Below, one piece after another: positions 27,579 through 37,613 of a stretch of 64,000 bases of DNA; position 1 is the first letter of the stretch, and every line of letters begins with the position of its first letter. The stretch is from Alphaproteobacteria bacterium CG11_big_fil_rev_8_21_14_0_20_39_49 (GTDB taxonomy: Bacteria; Pseudomonadota; Alphaproteobacteria; Rickettsiales; UBA6187), in assembly GCA_002787635.1 (NCBI GenBank), contig PCXK01000010.1, positions 11,131-75,130 on the forward strand, in the 5' to 3' direction. Position numbers and translations under genes: made by a program. Under the pieces are notes generated by a model. It had not been told where the DNA came from. It made no database searches and was given only the letters and a program-made list of their open reading frames with translations.

Positions 27579-28493
27579 CTACGGCTTCCACATCGCAACA
27601 AAACCACTTGACGGAAATATCTGCGATAAATACGGGTTATCAAAACCTAAAGAACCGTTAAGCAGCATATCAAACATCGAATCTTTATCCTTTATTAAAA
27701 CATTCTTTACCTTCAATCCCTCTTCTATATTTTTTTCTTTTTCCAACCATTTTATCGCATCGCTTTCTTTACCGATTGCATCGATCAGCTTGTTATTTAC
27801 AGCCTGCCTTCCGGTATATATACGACCGTCGGCAAGCTTTAATACCTCCTCTTTACTAAGAGACCTTCTTTGTGCCACAAGATCGGTAAAATAATCATAA
27901 CCGTCATCAATACCGTCCTGAACGGCTTTTTCAGCCTTAGGAGTCATTTTTTCGGTAAAACTCGGAGTGCCTTTCAAATCCGAAGATTTAATAGTGATAA
28001 AATTAATTCCCATTTTTTCGGCAAGCTCCGTAACCTCTGCCGCTTGCATCATAACACCGATAGATCCGGTCATAGTACCTTCACTTGCAAATATCTTATC
28101 GGCAGCTATCGCAGTCATATATCCGGCAGAAGCTGCAACCGTTCCCATAACCGCCACCACAGGTTTTTTCTCGGCTATCTTCCTAAGTGAGTTATATAAA
28201 TGCTCACCGCCGACCATAGTTCCACCGGGACTGTTTATATGCACTATGACTGCCTGAACCCTTTCATCGTCTTTTAAAAATTCCAGCTTTTTATCACGTC
28301 CGTGACTTTGACTTATAATACCTTTTATATCAACACTAGCGATATATTCTTTCTTTAAATTATTAAGATCGAACACTCTCACCATAAGTCCTATAGCCCA
28401 TAATACGGCAAATATTATGGTTAAATTACGCCATTTTTTTATTTCGCCTTTCATTCTAATCCGGTCAAGGAGTGTATCGGCTGATAAGGACAT
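27579..28493 (-). CDS. sppA: signal peptide peptidase SppA (36K type, S49 family)
   Basis: The track ORF starts at TTG 28553, trimmed here to ATG 28493 (MSLSADTLLDRIRMKG..). INSPGGTMVGG, AASAGYMTAIAADKIFASEGTMTGSIGV. Confidence 0.85.
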   Translation of the reverse strand: MSLSADTLLDRIRMKGEIKKWRNLTIIFAVLWAIGLMVRVFDLNNLKKEYIASVDIKGIISQSHGRDKKLEFLKDDERVQAVIVHINSPGGTMVGGEHLYNSLRKIAEKKPVVAVMGTVAASAGYMTAIAADKIFASEGTMTGSIGVMMQAAEVTELAEKMGINFITIKSSDLKGTPSFTEKMTPKAEKAVQDGIDDGYDYFTDLVAQRRSLSKEEVLKLADGRIYTGRQAVNNKLIDAIGKESDAIKWLEKEKNIEEGLKVKNVLIKDKDSMFDMLLNGSLGFDNPYLSQIFPSSGFVAMWKP

Positions 28494-28584
28494 AACAAAC
28501 AAAACCCAAATTAAAAAATAAAAACTTAAGTAACTGTAAACTACACCGATCAAGGTGCAGTTTACAAGTTACAATTATTTAATA

Positions 28585-30315
28585 CTACTTGTCTTCGGAC
28601 TTTGAGGAATTGCTATTTTCCAAAGCAGCTCCCAAAATATCACCTAGACTTGCACCGCTATCGGCAGAACCATAAGCTGCAATAGCATCTTTTTGCTCAT
28701 CAACTTCCAAAGCTTTAATAGAAACCGAAACCGAGCCGGAATTTTTATCTACCGACACAACTTTTGCATCGACTTTATCGCCGACTGCGAATCTATCACT
28801 TCTTTGTTCAATACGGTCACGAGCAAGATCACTTCTTTTGATGAACGTTTTCAAGGCATCATTTATAGTAACCTCTATACCTTCATCTTTAACATCAGAC
28901 ACAACGCAGGTTACACGTGAACCTTTGCCTATATCATTAACGGCAGAAGCTCTAGGGTCGTCGCTAAGCTGTTTTATACCTAGGCTGATACGCTCTTTTT
29001 CCGGCTCAACACCAAGAACCTTAACCTTAACAACCTGACCTACCTTGTATTTTTTCAATGCCTCTTCAGCATTATCGTCCCATGTTATATCGGACAAATG
29101 GATCAGACCGTCAACATCACCTTCCAATCCGATGAACAGACCGAAATCAACCGTGTTCTTAATCTCACCTTCAATGATTTTTCCAACCGGATATTTTTCA
29201 CTGAACGCCGTCCAAGGGTTATCCTCACATTGTTTAATGCCGAGGCTAATACGATGTTTTTCTTCATCAATATCAAGTATCATAATCTGCACTTCCTGAC
29301 CTACCGACAAACGCTTGCCCGGATGTGCATTGCTTTTTGTCCAGCTAATCTCGGAAACGTGTACAAGACCTTCAATACCTTCTTCTATCTCAACGAAAGC
29401 ACCGTAATCGGTAATGTTAGTAACAACACCTTTGAATTGCTTACCTTTAGGGAATCTGGTAGCAACTCCCGCCCAAGGGTTTCCTTCAAGCTGTTTCATA
29501 CCAAGCGATATTCTTTTCGTTTCCTGATTGAACTTAATAACTTTTACTTTGATTTTCTGTCCTAAAGAAAGAACTTCTGAAGGGTGGCTTATTCTGCTCC
29601 ATGAAATATCGGTAACGTGCAATAGTCCGTCCACACTTCCCAAATCAACGAAAGCACCGTAATCGGTAATATTTTTAACGACACCTTCAAGCTGTACACC
29701 TTCTTCAATCTGCGAAAGCATTTCCGAACGCTCTTCTTCACGTGACTCTTCTAAGATGGCACGGCGTGAAACTACGATGTTCCCCTGTTTAGTATCCATT
29801 TTCAATATCTGGAAAGGCTGCTTTATGTTCATCAACGGAGTTATGTCTTTTACCGGACGTATATCGACCTGACTTCCCGGTAAGAATGCGATAACACCTT
29901 TAATATCAACTGTGAAACCGCCTTTAACACGTCCGAATATCGTACCTTCTATAATATCACCGTCTTTACATGTACTCTCTAATGTTTCCCATGCTTTTTG
30001 TCTTACGGCTTTTTCACGGCTAACTATAGAACCTCCGCTGCTTACACTTTCGATTCTTTCAAGGTAAACCTCTACCTGATCGCCGACTTTAACATCGGCT
30101 TGCCCTTCTTCTATTTCAAATTCACGAATAGAAACACGCCCTTCTGTTTTCAGACCGATATCAATTATCGCAATATCATTTTCAATAGCAACAACAGTAC
30201 CTTGTACAACAGTACCTTCTACTTTTTCTTCTTTTACGGATTGTTCAAAAAGATCGGCAAAACTTTCACTTGTTGTAAATTCTTCACTTTTCTTTACAGT
30301 ATTATTTTTTGTCAT
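28585..30315 (-). CDS. rpsA: 30S ribosomal protein S1
   Basis: 576 aa with six S1 repeats (e.g. GVVKNITDYGAFVDLGSVDGLLHVTDISW). Confidence 0.97.
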   Translation of the reverse strand: MTKNNTVKKSEEFTTSESFADLFEQSVKEEKVEGTVVQGTVVAIENDIAIIDIGLKTEGRVSIREFEIEEGQADVKVGDQVEVYLERIESVSSGGSIVSREKAVRQKAWETLESTCKDGDIIEGTIFGRVKGGFTVDIKGVIAFLPGSQVDIRPVKDITPLMNIKQPFQILKMDTKQGNIVVSRRAILEESREEERSEMLSQIEEGVQLEGVVKNITDYGAFVDLGSVDGLLHVTDISWSRISHPSEVLSLGQKIKVKVIKFNQETKRISLGMKQLEGNPWAGVATRFPKGKQFKGVVTNITDYGAFVEIEEGIEGLVHVSEISWTKSNAHPGKRLSVGQEVQIMILDIDEEKHRISLGIKQCEDNPWTAFSEKYPVGKIIEGEIKNTVDFGLFIGLEGDVDGLIHLSDITWDDNAEEALKKYKVGQVVKVKVLGVEPEKERISLGIKQLSDDPRASAVNDIGKGSRVTCVVSDVKDEGIEVTINDALKTFIKRSDLARDRIEQRSDRFAVGDKVDAKVVSVDKNSGSVSVSIKALEVDEQKDAIAAYGSADSGASLGDILGAALENSNSSKSEDK

Positions 30316-30379
30316 GATTAATTAATTTAAATAAAAAAGTTAAACAAATGCCTTGAATGAATAACTATATTCACCAAAG

Positions 30380-30534
30380 CGGTTAGTGTGTAAGATTAAA
30401 CATTCAAGGCATTGCTGAATAGTATAGCTTTATCTATGTCATTCTGAACTTGTTTCAGAATCTTTATTTTGTAAGCTATAGATGCTGAAATAAATTCAGC
30501 ATGACGGTACGCTTAATTTAGCTACACTAATTCG
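30380..30534. mobile_element. family A-type double hairpin with its own imperfect TIRs
   Basis: gtcattctgaacttgtttcagaatc (30438-30462) and gatgctgaaataaattcagcatgac (30481-30505). Flanks cggttagtgtgtaagattaaac and gcttaatttagctacactaattcg are imperfect inverted repeats. Confidence 0.65.
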
Positions 30535-30578
30535 ACAATGCCAAATTCCATTTAAAATAAACAATTAAAATCGATATT

Positions 30579-31223
30579 TTACTTGTTTATCTTAGCGAAA
30601 TCACGCCTTGCTCCGGCAACGACAGCAACAATTTCTTCAAAAACTTCAGATACTTCCATGTCGGTGGTATCTATCTGCACGGCATCTTCGGCAATTGCCA
30701 AAGGTGCTACGGCTCTTCCACTGTCACGTTCGTCACGTCGCCTAAGGTCATCTAACACGGACTGATATATAACCGAAACTCCGTTGTTTTGCAACTGTTT
30801 AAATCGCCGCATCGCTCTTACCTCTATATCGGCGGTAATAAAAAACTTCAGATCGGCGTCAGGACAGATAACCGTACCTATATCCCTGCCGTCCAGAACC
30901 GCCCCTTTAGGACTTTTTGAAAAGTCCCTTTGAAACCTGAACAGAGCGTCCCTCACTTCCGGAATTACTGCAACAACGGAGGCTGCACGTCCGATTCCTT
31001 CATCATATAAATGCGGATTATTAAGTTCTTCCGACGTTATGTTCTTAGCCATTTCAACAGCAAGCTTCTTATCTTCGGGACTACCTCCGGCTTCCAGTAT
31101 CTTATAGCCCAAGGCACGGTATATACTTCCGGTATCCAGATAATTCAACCCGAAATGTTCTGCCAGTTTTTTGGCTAACGTCCCCTTTCCGGACGCAGCC
31201 GGTCCATCTATTGCTATAATCAT
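30579..31223 (-). CDS. cmk: cytidylate kinase
   Basis: MIIAIDGPAASGKGTLAKKLA..LDTGSIYR..DGRDIGT. Confidence 0.95.
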   Translation of the reverse strand: MIIAIDGPAASGKGTLAKKLAEHFGLNYLDTGSIYRALGYKILEAGGSPEDKKLAVEMAKNITSEELNNPHLYDEGIGRAASVVAVIPEVRDALFRFQRDFSKSPKGAVLDGRDIGTVICPDADLKFFITADIEVRAMRRFKQLQNNGVSVIYQSVLDDLRRRDERDSGRAVAPLAIAEDAVQIDTTDMEVSEVFEEIVAVVAGARRDFAKINK

Positions 31224-31241
31224 AAAACTTCAATTATTTAT

Positions 31242-32666
31242 TCATCTATCCAAGTAATAGGTATTAATATTATCGGTATAGTTACCTTTTGTATAATTCC
31301 TGTTATGATAAGAATATACAACATTCGTGTTAACGTTCTCATCCGAATCCACCCCCGTCCAACCGTCATATAAACGCAAAACCTGACGATTAGCAGGGGA
31401 AAACACCTGCCTGAAAGTTCTGTCCAGCTTAACGCTGAACTTATCGTTAAAATTCGGGCTGGTTATAACATTGAACAAAACTATACCGTCTTCATTCAGA
31501 TGTTCTTTGACCTGCTCAAAGAACTCTTTAGTTATCAACTGGAAAGGAGTTGAAATTACGTTAGTAAATGCATCAAGGAATATAAGATCGTATTTTTCAT
31601 CTGTTTGGTTAAAGAACCCTCTTGCAGGCATGGCAACAAATTTACGGTTATCTTTAAGCTTGGATTTTAATAAATATTTTTCAGAAACTTCCTTTAATGT
31701 AGAATCGATATCGACGAATGTATAATTATTGAAAGTATCATCCTGACCGAATGTAAAGCCACCGGCACCTATTACAAGTATAGATTTAGGCTTATCGGAT
31801 ACCCCGTCTTGATTTGCTATAGGATTAACGAATCTTTCTTCAACATACCTTATATATCCGAATCTAAGTTCGGGATTTGCAGAATATTTTGCGGCCGGGC
31901 TTCTATTTACTATCAAAACTTTAGTACCGTCCTCTTCACCGTTTTCTATCCTGACTATATTGTAATTATTATCCTCAACCACACCAAGACCTTCCATTAT
32001 ATGGCTACCGTTCAGACCAAAGGCGATAAACGTGATAACAACCATAAGAAAGTTATTCATACTAAACAGTTTTTTACTTAGTATCACAACTACAATAAGT
32101 AACAATACTATGTTGACGATAATTACGTTATGCACTCCTATAGCACCCATTAGTACAAGCGTTGACAAAATAGCACCTAAGAACGACCCTATTGTTGAAA
32201 ACATTAATATAGTTCCCGTTGCTTTTGATAAGTGGCTACCCCTGAAATAGTTACTGACCAAAGGAGCGGTCTGACCAAGCAGGTAAACCGGATAGACAAT
32301 AAACAGCAATGAGAAAATAGTTGCCTGTGCAACCCTGTGCGAGATATTATAATTATCAAAGATGCCGAAATATATCTCAAGTAGTATGTATGAAAGACCG
32401 AATACAAGTATTACCGAAGCACTAATAACGTTTTTTATTAACTTGTTTCTGATAGTGATTAATTTTTTCCGTCCGTATTTCACACGGTAATTTCCGCCTA
32501 CATAATAGCCAAAGGATAACGGCATCAATACGGCGGCTATAACGATTGCCATAGTTTCCGTACCGCTTCCGACAAAAGGTATAAGCTGACGTATAGCGAC
32601 CAATTCGGTAGACAGAACTACATACCCTTCCAATAAAATAACTATGTATATATAAGCTGCTCTCAT
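31242..32666 (-). CDS. fused polytopic-membrane / spermidine-synthase-like protein
   Basis: The N-terminal ~220 aa form about 7 TM helices. The C-terminal half is a SpeE-like class I methyltransferase fold (ILVIGAGGFTFG..DLIFLDAF..DGIVLFNV). Confidence 0.7.
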   Translation of the reverse strand: MRAAYIYIVILLEGYVVLSTELVAIRQLIPFVGSGTETMAIVIAAVLMPLSFGYYVGGNYRVKYGRKKLITIRNKLIKNVISASVILVFGLSYILLEIYFGIFDNYNISHRVAQATIFSLLFIVYPVYLLGQTAPLVSNYFRGSHLSKATGTILMFSTIGSFLGAILSTLVLMGAIGVHNVIIVNIVLLLIVVVILSKKLFSMNNFLMVVITFIAFGLNGSHIMEGLGVVEDNNYNIVRIENGEEDGTKVLIVNRSPAAKYSANPELRFGYIRYVEERFVNPIANQDGVSDKPKSILVIGAGGFTFGQDDTFNNYTFVDIDSTLKEVSEKYLLKSKLKDNRKFVAMPARGFFNQTDEKYDLIFLDAFTNVISTPFQLITKEFFEQVKEHLNEDGIVLFNVITSPNFNDKFSVKLDRTFRQVFSPANRQVLRLYDGWTGVDSDENVNTNVVYSYHNRNYTKGNYTDNINTYYLDR

Positions 32667-32849
32667 TAAAACCTTGCTCTTTAATTTAAAATAGCATTAT
32701 GTTTAAAACTGGGGAAATCCTTATGTCCTTTTTTATAAACACAAACCATGATAACATCATGAATAAAAAATGCGGATAAAGTAATATGTATAGAGCATTT
32801 CTCACAAAAAAACATTATAAATCTGTTTAAAAAGCTATTTTTAAACAGT

Positions 32850-34166
32850 TCATGCAGTTATTTTTCCGCCGATAGAATTAACAAGTTGAGAAAAATGCGG
32901 AAAGCTTGTATTTATCATCGTACCGTCATCTACGGCGACAGGTTCTTTTGCGACCATTCCAAGTATGAGGAATGACATGGCTATGCGGTGGTCAAGATGT
33001 GTTTTAACCATTCCTCCACCTTTAACATCGCCTCCTGTTACCTTTAACCAATCGTTCCCCGCTTCGAATTTAACACCGCACGCCTTCAAACCGTCCGACA
33101 CCGCTTGTAATCTATCGCTTTCTTTAACACGCAGTTCTTCCAAACCTTCCATTAAAGTGTCACCTTCGGCTACCGCAGCGGCAACCGCCAGTATCGGGTA
33201 TTCGTCAATCATGGAAGCCGCACGTGATGCGGGGACTTTCACACCTTTTAACCTACTATATTTAACCTGAAGGTCTGCAACCTGTTCACCTGCCTGAATC
33301 CTTTTATTCAGGAGTGTTATATCACCACCCATTTCAATTAATGTATCATACAGCCCCGTCCGAAGCGGATTAATGCAAACATTCTGAATGGTTATTTCAG
33401 AATCGGGAACTATAAGTGCGGCGACTACCGCAAATGCGGCTGACGAAGGATCACCCGGCACATTAAATTCCATAGCTTTTAGCTCCGGAAATCCTTTCAG
33501 GGTTATTTCACGCCCGCCATTTGCATTGTCATTCGCAACAATCTCAGCACCCAAACCTTTTAGCATCAATTCGGTATGGTCACGAGTAGCGACAGGCTCA
33601 ATAACGGTGGTCTTCCCCCTGCAATTTAAACCCGCAAGTAAGATGGCCGACTTAACCTGTGCGGAAGCTACCGGAAGCTCGTATGTTATCGGCAATATTT
33701 CATCATTTCCGATAACCGTAAGGGGCAGCCTTCCACCTTCTTCACATTCAAACCTGACATTCATTTTTTCCAGCGGTTGCATAACTCTGGACATAGGTCT
33801 TTTCTTTAAACTTGCATCTCCGGTAAATACGGTATTGAACTTATAAGGGGCAACAAGTCCCATTAACAGCCTTACACCTGTTCCGGAGTTGCCTAAGTCA
33901 AGCTCATTATCTGCCTTGGTTAATCCGCCGACACCTACACCTTTTACAACCCATTCGCCATTTTGTTCTTTTTTGATATCCACACCCATAGCCTGCAATG
34001 CTTTTGATGTGGCTATAACATCTTCACCTTCTAAAAGTCCGCAGATACGTGAAGTGCCGATTGCCTGTGATGCAAATATTAAACTTCTGTGCGAGATTGA
34101 CTTGTCACCGGGTACTTTAATAACCCCGCTCAAAGAACCGCATTTAGCTGATTGTAATTTAGTCAT
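32850..34166 (-). CDS. aroA: 3-phosphoshikimate 1-carboxyvinyltransferase (EPSP synthase)
   Basis: PGDKSISHR, LGNSGTGVRLLMG, RVKESDRL. Confidence 0.96.
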   Translation of the reverse strand: MTKLQSAKCGSLSGVIKVPGDKSISHRSLIFASQAIGTSRICGLLEGEDVIATSKALQAMGVDIKKEQNGEWVVKGVGVGGLTKADNELDLGNSGTGVRLLMGLVAPYKFNTVFTGDASLKKRPMSRVMQPLEKMNVRFECEEGGRLPLTVIGNDEILPITYELPVASAQVKSAILLAGLNCRGKTTVIEPVATRDHTELMLKGLGAEIVANDNANGGREITLKGFPELKAMEFNVPGDPSSAAFAVVAALIVPDSEITIQNVCINPLRTGLYDTLIEMGGDITLLNKRIQAGEQVADLQVKYSRLKGVKVPASRAASMIDEYPILAVAAAVAEGDTLMEGLEELRVKESDRLQAVSDGLKACGVKFEAGNDWLKVTGGDVKGGGMVKTHLDHRIAMSFLILGMVAKEPVAVDDGTMINTSFPHFSQLVNSIGGKITA

Positions 34167-34175
34167 TATTTTTTA

Positions 34176-34226
34176 GTGTTAAGTGATAGTGTTAAGTGTC
34201 AGTGTTTTTATCCCTTAACACTAACA
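34176..34226. repeat. local direct + inverted GTGTTAAG repeats between rne and aroA
   Basis: gtgttaagtgatagtgttaagtgtcagtgtttttatcccttaacactaacac. The arm gtgatagtgttaag can pair with cttaacactaacac. Confidence 0.5.
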
Positions 34227-34246
34227 CCAACCACTAAAACTAACTA

Positions 34247-36130
34247 CTACTCCACTATCTTTTTCCACAAGCCTTCAAAAATATTATCGGCACCGACAAT
34301 GCGAGCTTCTTTTTTCTCCTGTATTTCCTCACGTTTAGTTTCACGTCTTGATTTTTTTTCAGGGAACGGCTCTACATTATTATCCTCTTGAGGCTCACTA
34401 ATCTTTTTAGGTTTTTCCTGTTTATTAACAGGTCTTGTATCAGCCTCAGGAACCGAATCTTCATAGCCTTTCATTTTCTCGATATAGAAACTATTAGCAC
34501 CTGCCGTATCATCAACATTCAGGAAAACTTTTACATTATATTTATTTTCTATCTTGCTTAGAGGTTCTCTTTTGTTGTTAAGTATATAAAGTGCCACATC
34601 CTGAGTTACATAAACACCTACTGCCTTACATTTTGACCTGCTGACATCATTTTCAACGGCTCTCAAAACCGTAACGGCATTAGACTCGGTAGCCTTCACC
34701 ACACCAGCCCCTACACAGGTAGGGCATACCATGGTGTTTACCTCCAGAAAACTTGATGCCATTCTCTGACGTGACATTTCCAATAATCCGAACGTACTTA
34801 TCCTGCCTATCTGTATCCTCGCCCTATCATCTTCGAATGCGTCACGCAATACTTTTTCTACCGTCTTCTTATTCCTAAGATCAAGCATATCGATAAAGTC
34901 TATGACGATAAGCCCCGAAAGGTCACGCAATCTAAGTTGCCTTGCAACTTCACGTGCCGCTTCGATATTGGTAGATACCGCCGTTTCTTCCACCGATCTT
35001 TGTCCGGTTGAGCGTCCTGAGTTCACATCAATAGATATAAGTGCCTCGGTCGGATTTATAACCAATGCTCCGCCCGAATCAAGCGGAACCTCAGGATTAT
35101 AAAGTGCGGCTATCTGCTCTTCTACCTTATAGCGTGTAAAAACAGGGACTTTATTTTTATATTGTTTTACCCTTGAAGCATGACCCGACATAACAACTTT
35201 AATAAAGTCCTTAGCGGTTTCAAAAGCTTCTTTTCCTTCTATCAGCACCTCATCGATTTTTTCATTGTAAAGGTCACGCATGGTACGCTTGATAATATCA
35301 CCTTCGGCATGAATAAACGCAGGTGCGTTTGACTGCTTGGTCTTTTCAATTATACCGTTCCAAAGTCCTGCCAGATAATTATAGTCACCCCTTAACTCGT
35401 CCTCGGCTCGCTTAGCACCTGCCGTCCTGATAATCAGTCCTTTTTCTACAGGTATGTTAAGATTTTTAAGTACGGACTTCAGACGTTTTCTATCTTCACG
35501 GTTTTCTATCCTGCGTGATACACCGCCTCTTCTTAGTGAGTTAGGCATAAGCACGCAATAACGCCCCGCTAGTGAGATAAAAGTAGTAAGGGAAGCACCT
35601 TTATTGCCCCTTTCCTCTTTTTCGACCTGAACAAGCACTATCTTATTACGCTTGATAACTTCCTGAATCTTATATTTGCGGTATAAGTTCTCGTCATGCT
35701 TTTTGTCGTCTTTTATTTCCTGTTCTTCTTCTACGGCAACAACATCAACTTCCGATTCGGAAGATTCCTCATTTCCCGAACCACCTGATTTTGCAGCTTT
35801 TACAGGCTCATCATCATCTTCAGATTCCTCTTCATTAGAGTTACTGCTTCTTATTGACTCAAGAAGAGCCTTCTTATCTGCGACAGGTATGTCGTAGTAG
35901 TCGGGGTGTATTTCTGAAAAAGGAAGAAAACCATGTTTATCACCGCCATACTCTACGAAGGCAGATTGCAATGAAGGCTCAACTCTGGTTATTTTAGCTA
36001 GATATATATTTCCTTTTAATTGTTTTTTTACCGATGTTTCGGAATCATACTCCGCAACACGACCATTTTCCAACACAACAACGCGAGTTTCCTCTACGTG
36101 AGTTGCGTCCACTAAAATTCTTTTTGGCAT
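34247..36130 (-). CDS. rne: ribonuclease E/G family endoribonuclease (short RNase E)
   Basis: MPKRILVDATHVEETRVVVLENG..GNIYLAKITRVEPSLQSAFVEYGGDKHGFLP. Acidic insertion in the S1 region as in alphaproteobacterial Rne. Catalytic core ..IVIDFIDM.. and CPTCVGAG Zn-link. Only a short basic C-tail. Confidence 0.88.
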   Translation of the reverse strand: MPKRILVDATHVEETRVVVLENGRVAEYDSETSVKKQLKGNIYLAKITRVEPSLQSAFVEYGGDKHGFLPFSEIHPDYYDIPVADKKALLESIRSSNSNEEESEDDDEPVKAAKSGGSGNEESSESEVDVVAVEEEQEIKDDKKHDENLYRKYKIQEVIKRNKIVLVQVEKEERGNKGASLTTFISLAGRYCVLMPNSLRRGGVSRRIENREDRKRLKSVLKNLNIPVEKGLIIRTAGAKRAEDELRGDYNYLAGLWNGIIEKTKQSNAPAFIHAEGDIIKRTMRDLYNEKIDEVLIEGKEAFETAKDFIKVVMSGHASRVKQYKNKVPVFTRYKVEEQIAALYNPEVPLDSGGALVINPTEALISIDVNSGRSTGQRSVEETAVSTNIEAAREVARQLRLRDLSGLIVIDFIDMLDLRNKKTVEKVLRDAFEDDRARIQIGRISTFGLLEMSRQRMASSFLEVNTMVCPTCVGAGVVKATESNAVTVLRAVENDVSRSKCKAVGVYVTQDVALYILNNKREPLSKIENKYNVKVFLNVDDTAGANSFYIEKMKGYEDSVPEADTRPVNKQEKPKKISEPQEDNNVEPFPEKKSRRETKREEIQEKKEARIVGADNIFEGLWKKIVE

Positions 36131-36516
36131 TTATTAAATACTCCATAGGCTTTCGCTCACGGCGACAGTTTAATGAAACCATTATATTTTCTATTACTAG
36201 AAGTGATTTATCTAAAAATGTCATCCCTGAACACATGTTTATAAAAAGTTTGGACATTCTCATTTCGGAAATTATTTTTTATTCCTACTCAAGAACGGAT
36301 ATTCTACATTTAAGCGGATCAAGATCCGCATACACAATAAAAATAGCAATTTTTCCATATTGTTTGTTTATATTTAAAGCCTGATAATTATAAATAACTC
36401 AGCATTAATAACAAAAACGAAAGTTTGCTAAAGTCATATCATACACATATTTCTGATTAAATAAATAATTTTTATATATTTAAAAATAAAAATGCGAAAA
36501 ACAGGATAAAAAACAA

Positions 36517-37560
36517 TCAGATACCAAATTTACCTTCAACCGACACTAGAACTTTAAACAGGCTTCCCATATTTTTCACATCTATCAGCCTTTCAACGCA
36601 ATCACTAACCCTCTTCGCCTGTTTTTTATTTGCCGCACCGGCAACCAGAATTTCACGGCGTTTTTCTATGCCTAACGACATCAAAAATTCACGCTGGGTA
36701 ACAATACTGCAATCATCTATCCCCTGCTCTTTAACCGCCTCAGATAACGCCACAAAATCAACATGTGCGGTTATATCCGCCTCACCTATGTTTTTCAGCA
36801 CGTCATGGAATTTGTGGTTTTTCATACCCTGCAATGTATCTTTATATCCGTAATAATCATAGCCGTAATCTATGAAAACCCCTGCCCCGCCGAACTCTTT
36901 TATACGTTTGGCTATGTCCTTTACGATTGCTAATGAACTTTGACTTACCTCCAAAACGTCGCCTTCCTTTACAAACGGGTGCTTTTTATTAAATTCATCT
37001 GAAAAACCGCAAACAGGCGAAAGTCCGAATCTTAATTTTTCGTTTTTATCTAAAAATATTAAGTTCTCGCACCACCCTTCTTTTGTTTTCACATACTGGT
37101 TAATAGGCAGAGCATCGAAAAATTCATTCGCTACAAAGAACGATTTTTTTCGCGGTATTGTGTTTATGTTATCATGCCATTTAATATTACCGTGCATTCC
37201 TTCTAAGGTTTCTTTTTGCACCTGTTGCAGTTGAAGGCTGTTTTCCACCATGTGTATATCTATAGCCTCATGAAATCCTTTTACACGCCTAGTGCCACGC
37301 AAAAGGTCTTTCATCAAAACACCCCTTCCCGGCCCCATCTCAACCAAGGCTACACTGCTTGGAGTTCCCATATTTATCCACTGATATGCTATAAACACCC
37401 CGATAAGCTCACCGAACACCTGCGATATTTCAGGGGCGGTTATAAAATCCCCTCCTTTTCCGAAAGGCTGCCGACTGCCATAATAAATCGGCAGTGCATA
37501 GCCCATAAGCTCACTTATGGATATATGACCTTTATTTTTTATAATAGTTTTTATATCCAT
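36517..37560 (-). CDS. MidA/NDUFAF7-family SAM-dependent methyltransferase
   Basis: ORF trimmed to the ATG at 37560 (MDIKTIIKNKGHISISELM..). DFITAPEISQVFGELIG..LVEMGPGRGVLMKDLLR. The track's extra 26 codons run into the family B element. Confidence 0.82.
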   Translation of the reverse strand: MDIKTIIKNKGHISISELMGYALPIYYGSRQPFGKGGDFITAPEISQVFGELIGVFIAYQWINMGTPSSVALVEMGPGRGVLMKDLLRGTRRVKGFHEAIDIHMVENSLQLQQVQKETLEGMHGNIKWHDNINTIPRKKSFFVANEFFDALPINQYVKTKEGWCENLIFLDKNEKLRFGLSPVCGFSDEFNKKHPFVKEGDVLEVSQSSLAIVKDIAKRIKEFGGAGVFIDYGYDYYGYKDTLQGMKNHKFHDVLKNIGEADITAHVDFVALSEAVKEQGIDDCSIVTQREFLMSLGIEKRREILVAGAANKKQAKRVSDCVERLIDVKNMGSLFKVLVSVEGKFGI

Positions 37561-37613
37561 CTGTTTTTTTAATTTTTCGATAAATATAGTAAATTTACTA
37601 TATTTATAATTTA

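Noticed and set aside
30350-30410. ccttgaatg..cattcaagg long-loop hairpin as a cmk terminator or rpsA leader element
   Set aside because: The stem is 9 bp, but the loop is about 40 nt and there is no T-run on the relevant strand. It overlaps the left TIR of the family A-type element, so it is more likely part of the repeat.
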